Positions 9,190 to 16,817 of a DNA stretch of 17,083 nucleotides are shown here, piece by piece. The notes below the pieces were generated by a model. It saw only the letters and a program-made list of their open reading frames with translations. It had not been told where the DNA came from and made no database searches. The translations under genes and the position numbers were made by a program. Location of the stretch: NCBI GenBank assembly GCA_044222475.1, contig JBGANF010000154.1, positions 1-17,083 on the forward strand. The letters are read 5' to 3'. Every line of letters begins with the position of its first letter. The first letter of the stretch is position 1. The stretch comes from Polyangiaceae bacterium (GTDB taxonomy: Bacteria > Myxococcota_A > Polyangia > Polyangiales > Polyangiaceae).

Positions 9190-12100
9190 GTGTCTTCCGA
9201 CAAGACAGGGCGGCGCACGGGGCTATACGACCAACCGCTGACTCGCGCACTCGCGGCTGAAGCAGCGAACGGCCTCTGCGTCATCGGTGACCTCGACGCC
9301 CATCACGCACCCGTCGAACTGACGCGACTTCTCCGTCCACGCATCGAGAGCGCGCTCAGGTCCATCGAAGGTGACGACCGCGGCGCGTTGCAGCTTGCGC
9401 TCGCGAACAAGGTCCTCGAACTCCTTCAAGCCGAGGCTCCGCGCAGCATCGACGAGGGAGACTTCGTCGAGCCCCCGCCGCGACGACTGTTAGCGCTGCT
9501 GGAGCGATCCGAGGGTCCCGGTGCACCGCACATCCCAACTCGTCCGCGCATTCCGCTTTCCGCCAGCGACCTCCTCGTGAACGGCCCACACGACATTCGC
9601 ATCGGCACGGAGCTGGGCCTTGAGCTCGCGTCCGCCGATCGCGTCGATGTGTTGTGCTCGTTCCTCAAGTGGAGCGGCCTTCGCGTGATCGAAGAACAGC
9701 TCAAGGAGTTTTGCGCGCGCCGAGGCGGTAGCGCGCTTCGCGTGCTCACGACGGCCTACATGATGGCTACCGAAGCGCGCGCTCTCGACATGCTTCAGCA
9801 GCTCGGTGCGCAAGTCCGCGTGTCGTACGATACCGAGGGCACGCGCCTTCATGCGAAGGCGTGGTTGATCCACCGGGACTCGGGGTTTTCGACCGCGTTC
9901 ATCGGATCATCGAATCTGTCGGCGGCCGCCATGCTCGACGGTCTCGAGTGGAACGTGCGGCTCTCGAACTCCGACAACGAGCCAATCCTGAAGAAGTTCA
10001 AGGCGACGTTCGACCAGTATTGGCTCGACTCGACCTTCGGCGAGTACGACCGCGGCCAGTTCGACGAAGTCGTCAGCTCGACGCGGCGCCAGGCCCTCGC
10101 GCCGTTCCTCATCGTGGACGTTCAACCGCGGCCACACCAGGAGGAGATTCTCGAAGATCTTGCCGCCGAGCGCGCAAACGGTCACACGCGCAACTTGGTC
10201 GTCGCCGCGACGGGCACCGGCAAGACCATCGTCGCCGCCCTTGATTACAAGCGACTTCGCGCCGAGCTTCCGCGCGCGCGGTTGCTCTTCGTCGCGCATC
10301 GGCAGGAGATCCTCAAGCAGACGTGGCACACGTTCCAAGTCGTGATGCGCGACGGTTCGTTCGGCGACCTACTCGTCGCGGGCGAGAAACCTGCGAAGTG
10401 GGATCACGTGTTCGCGAGCATTCAGTCGCTCAACGAAGCCACGCTCGATACAATCCCGCCGGATCACTTCGACGTCCTTGTCGTCGACGAGTTTCACCAC
10501 GCCGCCGCAGACTCGTACGACCGACTGCTGAAGCGACTTCAGCCCAAGATTCTCCTTGGTCTCACGGCGACGCCCGAGCGCAGCGACGGGCGCAGCATCC
10601 TCCATTGGTTCGACGGGCGCGTCGCCTCCGAGCTGCGTCTTTGGAAGGCGCTCGATCAGGGCCTGCTCTCGCCGTTCCAGTACTTCGGTCTCGGCTGCGC
10701 GCCAGACGTCTCCGGCGTGCGCTGGTCACGTGGCCGGTACGACAGCGCGGCGCTGTCGAACGTCTACACCGCGGACCACATGTTCGCGCTCCGCGTCATT
10801 CAAGAGGTGCACAGTAAGGTGACCGACGTCGGCAAGATGCGCGCTCTCGGGTTCTGCGTCGACATCGCGCACGCCGAGTTCATGGCCAAACGATTTACCG
10901 AAGCCGGTACCGTATCGGCCGCCGTCTCAGGCGCCACGGGCTTCAAAGAACGCGACGCGGCGCTCCGCGCGTTGAAGGAGGGGACGATCCGCTGCGTCTT
11001 CTGCGTCGACCTCTTCAACGAAGGTGTCGATCTTCCCGACGTCGACACGGTGCTCTTCCTCCGCCCCACCGAGAGCGCGACCGTGTTCCTCCAGCAGCTC
11101 GGACGGGGATTGCGCCGCTCGGAGAAGAAGGAGTGCCTCACGGTGCTCGACTTCATCGGCGACGCGAATCGCCGCTTCCGCTTCGATCGGCGCTACCGCG
11201 CCATCGTCGGGAGCACGCGACGCGGAGTACGCGACGTCATCGAGCGCGGATTCCCGAGTCTACCGAGCGGCTGCTCGATTCAACTCGATCGGCACGCACA
11301 ACGTGCCGTGCTCGAGAACATCCGACAGCAGATTGGCACCGGAGTGCACCTCCTTGTGGAGGACTTGAAGAGCGTCGTCGACGCGCACGGTCCGAACGTG
11401 GGTCTCGCGACGTTCCTCGACGAAGCCGGCGTCGATCTGGAAGACGTCTATGCAAACGGTCGTTGCTTCACCACGCTTCGGCGCGGTGTGGGCTTGGTGA
11501 AGGCGCCCGAGAGCGGCGACGCCGAACAGATCGAGCGTGCACTCTCGCGGATGTTGCACCTTGATGATCCGCTGCGGCTCGATGGCATCCGCGCGCTCGT
11601 CCGCGGGAAAGTGCAACCGAAAGCCGACGCGGACGATCCCGTGCAGCGACTCCTCTTCGCGCTCCTCGGTTACGTGCGAAAACCGTACTCGGAGATGGCC
11701 AACGCGTGGCGCGCGTTTTGGTCGAGCGAACCGCTTCGCAGCGAGCTCATCGAGCTCCTCGACTTGCTCGCCGACCGCGTGCGGCGCATCACCCATCCGC
11801 TCAGTGGACCGTTGGCGGCGCTGCCGCTGCGCGTGCATGGAAGCTACATGCTCGACGAGATCATGGCCGCTATCGACGAGCGCAACAGCAAAGGCGGTAT
11901 CAAGCGCATTCAAACGGGGAGCTTTCACTCCGCGCGTTGGCTTGCGGACCTGCACTTCATAACGCTGGAGAAGAGCGAGAAGGAGTACTCGCCGACGACG
12001 CTCTACAACGACTACGCGATCTCGCCGACGCGCTTTCATTGGGAAACGGTGAGCAACTGTCACCCCGATACGGATGTGGGGAAGCGCTACCTCCGAACGG

Positions 12101-12300
12101 TGCGCGGAGCGAAGGAGCACGGTCTCGCGTTCGTGCGGCAGAGGCGGACGGACGCTAGAGGGGAGACCATGCCGTACGTGTTTCTGGGAGAGGTCTTCTA
12201 CGCAGGGCATCGGGGAGCGAGGCCGATGCAGTTGGAGTGGGATTTGGAGAGGCCGATGCCGGCAGGGTTTTTCCAGGCGACGAAAATCGCGGCGGGCTGA
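9190..12300 (+). CDS. PLD nuclease-SF2 helicase-DUF3427 protein (SauUSI-like candidate modification-dependent restriction enzyme, 1036 aa)
   Basis: PLD motifs LHAKAW...GSSNLS...EWN. Helicase motifs ATGTGKT, DEFHH, LGLTATPER, FNEGVDLP, LRPTES and QQLGRGLR. C-terminal FITLEK...YSPTTLYNDYAIS...FHWE...FVR...RPM...W.L. GTG start. Confidence 0.92.
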   Translation: MSSDKTGRRTGLYDQPLTRALAAEAANGLCVIGDLDAHHAPVELTRLLRPRIESALRSIEGDDRGALQLALANKVLELLQAEAPRSIDEGDFVEPPPRRLLALLERSEGPGAPHIPTRPRIPLSASDLLVNGPHDIRIGTELGLELASADRVDVLCSFLKWSGLRVIEEQLKEFCARRGGSALRVLTTAYMMATEARALDMLQQLGAQVRVSYDTEGTRLHAKAWLIHRDSGFSTAFIGSSNLSAAAMLDGLEWNVRLSNSDNEPILKKFKATFDQYWLDSTFGEYDRGQFDEVVSSTRRQALAPFLIVDVQPRPHQEEILEDLAAERANGHTRNLVVAATGTGKTIVAALDYKRLRAELPRARLLFVAHRQEILKQTWHTFQVVMRDGSFGDLLVAGEKPAKWDHVFASIQSLNEATLDTIPPDHFDVLVVDEFHHAAADSYDRLLKRLQPKILLGLTATPERSDGRSILHWFDGRVASELRLWKALDQGLLSPFQYFGLGCAPDVSGVRWSRGRYDSAALSNVYTADHMFALRVIQEVHSKVTDVGKMRALGFCVDIAHAEFMAKRFTEAGTVSAAVSGATGFKERDAALRALKEGTIRCVFCVDLFNEGVDLPDVDTVLFLRPTESATVFLQQLGRGLRRSEKKECLTVLDFIGDANRRFRFDRRYRAIVGSTRRGVRDVIERGFPSLPSGCSIQLDRHAQRAVLENIRQQIGTGVHLLVEDLKSVVDAHGPNVGLATFLDEAGVDLEDVYANGRCFTTLRRGVGLVKAPESGDAEQIERALSRMLHLDDPLRLDGIRALVRGKVQPKADADDPVQRLLFALLGYVRKPYSEMANAWRAFWSSEPLRSELIELLDLLADRVRRITHPLSGPLAALPLRVHGSYMLDEIMAAIDERNSKGGIKRIQTGSFHSARWLADLHFITLEKSEKEYSPTTLYNDYAISPTRFHWETVSNCHPDTDVGKRYLRTVRGAKEHGLAFVRQRRTDARGETMPYVFLGEVFYAGHRGARPMQLEWDLERPMPAGFFQATKIAAG

Positions 12301-12468
12301 CCCGCGCTCGCTTGGAAACCTCAGAACATCACGCTCCAGGACGGGTAGATGCCGCGTGCCGCCACGACCGACGACGCTCGTTGCGATCGGTCGCGTGGCG
12401 CTCTCAATGAGCTCATCGTACCTTACTGGTACGAGAGCTTCGGTCGCGGGGCACTGCGCCCTCACGTC

Positions 12469-13942
12469 TCACAGGCAGAGTGGCGCTAGGCATTCAAGCG
12501 TCGGCTGCGCGACGCCATCAACACCGTCATTCCCAGCACCGCCAAGCCCTTTCGAGCCGCTACTGCCGACCAAGATGCCCCCCGTCGTCGCGGTGTCTAC
12601 GTCGGGCTTCGTTCCCTTGAAAAAGACGGCAACGGACAGTCCAGCCGCGCCGCCCGCACCTGCACCGCCCGCACCGCCTGCGCCGCCCGGACCGCCTCCG
12701 CAGCCCGGTGGCGACTGCAAGCCACCAAAGCCGCCGGGGCTCTGTCCAGCCTGCCCTCCGACCCCATTGCCACCGGCACCGCCACTCTTGGTGCTTAGGG
12801 TGGAGCCAACTAGCTTCGCTGAGCTCGCGACAGAGACAAACGCCAGACTGCTCCCGCCAGCTTTTCCACCGCCCCCACCCGCGCCACCGCAACCGCCCGC
12901 ACCGCCACCCCCACCGGCGCCACTGGTGCTTCCGCCGCCGCCACCGCCTTGACCCGGTCCGCCGTTGGGGCCGTTCGGACCCGCGCTCGGGACCCACGTT
13001 GCACCTAGTTTCCCGACGGTCGTTGAGGCTGCTGCCGGCAGCGCAGGCGCCGCTGAGGCGCCCGCCGCGCCCCCGGTGTTGTTCGACAAGCAAGCGACGG
13101 CGGTACCCCCGGCACCTCCGTCCATGGCGGGAAGCCCGTCGTCGCCTTTCATGTTGATCGCATCAGCGCCCTTGCCTCCGCCGGTTTCGTCACCCGGACA
13201 TGTCCGTTGTCTTGCCGGCCCGCCCGCGCCTCCGTCAGCTGCCTTCCTGGGTTCGAACCTTCCGGGTCCGGAAGCCGACAACGGTGAGCACGCCATCCGC
13301 TCCCTTCGCTCCGATGCCTGCGTTCAGAGCAACTCGACTGAGTACAACCGCTTGTCAAGCATTCACGAACATCGCGATGCTCGACTCGCCGCTGTTCGGA
13401 GCTCCGTCCTTGCCGTCAAGTTCGAGGTCTGCCACCGACACGTTGGTCGCGCCGTCGATGCTCACGACGTAGTCCGGCTTCGCTCCCGCAAACTTCGGCT
13501 TCGTTCCCGAGTACGCCCAATCCGCGCACTTGAAGCCGCCGTAGATCCCGATCGGTGCCTTGATCTCGACACTCTCGGTGTAGCTGCCTTCGCAAACGAA
13601 GATCTTCCCCTTGCTCGAGGTGCCTGCCTTGGTGAGCGCAGCTCCAAGTGTCGCGAGCGGCTTCTCCTTCGTGCCCGGATTGGCATCGTTGCCGATCGCC
13701 GATACGAAGATTCCGAGATCGTTCGTCACGCAGGTCGGATCGTCCTTCGGTTCCTTTCCCGAAGGACAACCCGGCGGCGGCGCGTCGGGACCAGTGTCCA
13801 GCTTCCCGTCCGTGGTGCTGCCATCGGGCAGCTCGCACACGCCCGGAATGTCGCAGACCGCCGCTGGCGACGAGCTGCATGCGTAGATCCCCGCGAGTCC
13901 ACCGACCACGCCAACCAATCCAAGCCAAAGTCGCGCGCGCAT
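12469..13942 (-). pseudogene. Disrupted DUF1565-like / PGRS-like Gly-rich lipoprotein (nonsense codon plus frameshift, or assembly error)
   Basis: Start ATG 13942 (MRARLWLG...IYAC lipobox). IFVSAIGNDANPGTKEKPLATLGAAL...IFVCEGSYTE...IYGGF.C..W domain. In-frame TGA at 13357-13355, followed by plausible coding sequence (QAVVLSRVALNAGIGAKGADG). The Gly-rich C-terminal half is in another frame and ends at 12469. Span is 1474 nt = 3n+1. Confidence 0.8.
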
Positions 13943-13943
13943 T

Positions 13944-14885
13944 CTAGAAGCTCCCTTGAAGCAGTGCGCCCACTCCACCCGCAGTCAGCGTGGGCACGAA
14001 TGTGATCCCAGTTTGCTTCGGTTTCGACGTGAGCGCCCATGCGAAAACGCCGGCAGCGCCAGCGATGAACACGCCGCCTACGACGAGCGACGCGAGCGAC
14101 AGCGCGTGAAACGTCCCCTGCTTGTCGAGGTTGCTCTGCAGGTCCTGGCATCGAGCGCTGTTCCGATCGACACACGCGCCGGTGTTCGCGAACCCGTTCG
14201 CATCGGATTCAGCGCCGTTCGCGACCGCGGCGAATGCGCCCCAGCCGATCAAACCGAGCACGCCGACGCCAGCGAGAACACCGGCACCGATGAATTTCCC
14301 GGTGTTCGACGGCGTGCCCGGCGTCGGACCACCGACGACACCCGGAAACGACACATCGACCTTCGCTAGCGCCCCCGCAGTCGTGTCGATCTCCGTCGTC
14401 TTGTTGTTCGCATCCAGCGTCGCCGCCACGGTGTGATGCCCCACCGCCACGTCCACCGGCTCGTCGAACGGCGCTCGACCCACCGCGACTCCGTCGATTC
14501 GCACGTCCGCTCCCGGCGTCGCCGCGATCTCCACTCGGCTCGTCGTCTTCGAGAGCTCCGCGATGATCTGCTCCGCCCGCGCTCGCAGATCCGGCGTGAT
14601 CGTCGGGTCCTTCAAGAAGATCCGGAAGTGCTGGATGCACTCCACCGGGTGACTCGTCTTCTTCTCCGCGATCGCCAGGTTGTACAAAACCTTCGTCGAC
14701 TTCAGCACCGCGTACGCCTGCACGAACTTCACTCGAGCTTCTTCGTGCTGACCCTGATCAGCCAGCGCCAAGCCCTCTTCGAAGCGCGTCTGCGCGTTGC
14801 GGATCTCGATCTCTTCTTTCGTCTCGGCAAACGCGCTCCCGGAAATGAGCAGCGCGGCGAGGACGAACGCCGAACATTTCTTCAT
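13944..14885 (-). CDS. Secreted TPR + PEGA-domain protein with hydrophobic C-terminal helices (313 aa)
   Basis: Signal peptide (..SAFA). TPR motifs AQTRFEEG...EEAR..F..AY and VLYNLA..E. PEGA motif PGADVRIDG..VG.AP....V..G.HTV. Two Gly-rich hydrophobic helices flank a Cys pair; ends VGALLQGSF. Confidence 0.9.
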   Translation of the reverse strand: MKKCSAFVLAALLISGSAFAETKEEIEIRNAQTRFEEGLALADQGQHEEARVKFVQAYAVLKSTKVLYNLAIAEKKTSHPVECIQHFRIFLKDPTITPDLRARAEQIIAELSKTTSRVEIAATPGADVRIDGVAVGRAPFDEPVDVAVGHHTVAATLDANNKTTEIDTTAGALAKVDVSFPGVVGGPTPGTPSNTGKFIGAGVLAGVGVLGLIGWGAFAAVANGAESDANGFANTGACVDRNSARCQDLQSNLDKQGTFHALSLASLVVGGVFIAGAAGVFAWALTSKPKQTGITFVPTLTAGGVGALLQGSF

Positions 14886-15451
14886 GGATGGAACTCTCGG
14901 ATGTAGTCCGGATCATGCGAAGCCGACGGCTTCGCGGAAGGAACAGCCGACGCCGTCGGAGCAACCGTCGCGGTCACGGTCGCCGTCGGCTTCACGCTCG
15001 CTGGCGGACGCGCGCTCGTCGTCGCGGTCACCGGCACCGGCACCACGACCGTCGTCGTCGCCGTCACCGTCGTCACCACCGGCACCGCGATCGTCGTGAT
15101 GACGGGCACCGTCACCGTCACCGTCGCCGGCGGCGCGGGTTGTACCTCTTTGGGACCGCTCATCAGCTTGATGAACAGCGCGCCGAGCGCGAGCACCGCC
15201 ACGAACGCAAGGACCATCCCGAGCATCTGGTTGCGCTTCCGCCGCGACTCTTCTTCGTCGAGTCGCTTCAGCGACTCGCCCGTGTCCGCCTGACGACCCG
15301 AGCCGCCCGGCATGTCGGGCGCTACCGGATCGGGCTCGGGCGTCGGGACCAGCGTGTCGAACGAACGCTTCTGGTCCCCACCCGTGACGGGCGGTCGCGG
15401 GGCTTCGATTCCCCCCGGATCGGTCGAGCTGCGCTTGGTTTCGGACATCAT
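14882..15451 (-). CDS. Single-pass membrane protein with a Pro/Thr/Val-rich extracytoplasmic stalk (about 189 aa)
   Basis: Disordered N-terminus, basic RRKRN, TM helix MLGMVLAFVAVLALGALFIKLM, low-complexity TVTVTVP stalk, short tail HDPDYIREFHP. Stop overlaps the next ATG (ATGA). Start uncertain (15448, 15451 or 15469); GAGG precedes ATGATG. Confidence 0.75.
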   Translation of the reverse strand: MMSETKRSSTDPGGIEAPRPPVTGGDQKRSFDTLVPTPEPDPVAPDMPGGSGRQADTGESLKRLDEEESRRKRNQMLGMVLAFVAVLALGALFIKLMSGPKEVQPAPPATVTVTVPVITTIAVPVVTTVTATTTVVVPVPVTATTSARPPASVKPTATVTATVAPTASAVPSAKPSASHDPDYIREFHP

Positions 15452-15500
15452 CTCCGCCTCGCGGCGCATGGTGTCAGACTTTTGCCCACCTGGGCAAACA

Positions 15501-16730
15501 TCAGACACCCCGCGCGATCCAGATCGCAAACGCGACCGACGCCACGAGCAAAACGAGGGCTCCTCCCGCCATCGCGAGGTCATACGCTGTAATCCTGCGC
15601 GGCGGCGCCGGCACGCGCGGCAGGTGGAGCTGCACCGGCTTGAACGAACGCGGCGCGTCGGCCGCGTGCACGACCCCGGCGCTCGCCATGGTCAACGCCG
15701 CCGCAGCGGGCGGCTTCGGCGGGACGACCGTCGCGATCTCGTCTTCGGGCGCCACGCGACGCAGCACCGTCGGATCCGCCAAGTCGGTCGGCGAGATCTT
15801 CTCGTGCGCGAGCGGCGCGTGACGCGTCGTTCGTAGATGCGGGTCCACTAGAGGAGGGGCGGCGCGCTCTTTGTCGTCGAACAACGTCGCCACGCGCTTC
15901 AACGCACGGAGCATCGCCTCGGCGTCGGTCCAGCGCTTCTTGTCGTCAGGGTCGATCCCACCTTCGACGAGCGTCTCGAGGAGCGCGTGATCGATCCCGA
16001 AGTCGCGCAGCGGGCGCGCCTTCTTCCCTGCGCGCGCCCGCGCCGCATCCGGTCCCGAGCCGTGCTCGGAGAACGCTCGCACTCCGGCGAGGAGCTCGTA
16101 GAGCACCATCGAGAGCGCGAAGAGATCGTCCTCGCGCCGCGGCGTCTTCCCCGCGACTTGATGATCGGACGCGTACGCGAACGTCCCGTAGAACCCCTCG
16201 CGCTCGCCGGCGGCCTCGAGGTGCATCACGCCGAAGTCGATCACGACGAGCTTGCCGCCTTCCGTCACGACCATGTTGTCGGGCTTGATGTCGCAGTGAA
16301 TGACGCCGGCGCCGTGCATCGCGACGAGCGCGGTCGCGGCCTGGATGACGAGCGCGAGCGCGTCCTTCGGCGGGAGGCGCCGGCGACGCGCGAGGAGCGA
16401 CCGCACGCTCTCGCCTTCGACGTACGGCATCACGTAGAACGACGTCTTCGGGCGGCCGCGCTCGTCTTCGATCATGCCGATGTCTTCGACCGCAGCGATG
16501 TTCGGGTGCTGCAGCCGCGCCATCGCGCGCGCCTCGCGGACGAAGCGCTCGACCGCGGGAGGATGCGCCGCTGCGTCGGCGTGCAGGACCTTGATGACCC
16601 GTCGCCGGTTCGCGAGGTTCGGATCGCGCACGACGTACACGTTGCCCATCGCCCCGCCGCCGAGCGCGCGTTCGACCTTGAAATAGAGCCCCCCGGGCCG
16701 GCGGAGGATGGTCTCGGGAGGGAGTTGCAT
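15501..16730 (-). CDS. Hanks-type Ser/Thr protein kinase, non-RD, with C-terminal TM helix (409 aa)
   Basis: LGGGAMGNVY, VIK, RFVRE, HPNI, HCDIKPDN, IDFG, GTFAY and DLFAL...LYELLAG motifs; hydrophobic C-terminal helix. Start placed at ATG 16730 (MQLPPETIL), just before subdomain I. Confidence 0.92.
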   Translation of the reverse strand: MQLPPETILRRPGGLYFKVERALGGGAMGNVYVVRDPNLANRRRVIKVLHADAAAHPPAVERFVREARAMARLQHPNIAAVEDIGMIEDERGRPKTSFYVMPYVEGESVRSLLARRRRLPPKDALALVIQAATALVAMHGAGVIHCDIKPDNMVVTEGGKLVVIDFGVMHLEAAGEREGFYGTFAYASDHQVAGKTPRREDDLFALSMVLYELLAGVRAFSEHGSGPDAARARAGKKARPLRDFGIDHALLETLVEGGIDPDDKKRWTDAEAMLRALKRVATLFDDKERAAPPLVDPHLRTTRHAPLAHEKISPTDLADPTVLRRVAPEDEIATVVPPKPPAAAALTMASAGVVHAADAPRSFKPVQLHLPRVPAPPRRITAYDLAMAGGALVLLVASVAFAIWIARGV

Positions 16731-16817
16731 CGCCTGAACCCTTCGGCCGTGCCCTCGGGCATGTTGCGTCTTTTCTTTTCGCGCAACGAATGACCCGGGT
16801 CGGTCGATGGGGCCCTC

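Noticed and set aside
12219..12259. 11-bp direct repeat GAGGCCGATGC as a target-site duplication
   Set aside because: Both copies are in-frame RPM codons inside the intact DUF3427 C-terminus.
4601..12300. Integron cassette array or discrete mobile island
   Set aside because: No integrase or transposase, no attC-like sites in the very short spacers, mixed gene orientation, and no flanking direct repeats found by eye.
13355..13357. Selenocysteine or programmed readthrough at the in-frame TGA
   Set aside because: No redox-motif context, only a weak 4-bp stem downstream rather than a convincing SECIS, and a frameshift would still be needed within the next 120 nt.
15020..15130. Short tandem repeats (CACCGT x3 and similar), and GCC/ACC-rich repeats at 12640-12960, as CRISPR or VNTR
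   Set aside because: Explained by Thr/Val-rich and Gly/Ala-rich coding sequence; no constant repeat with unique spacers.
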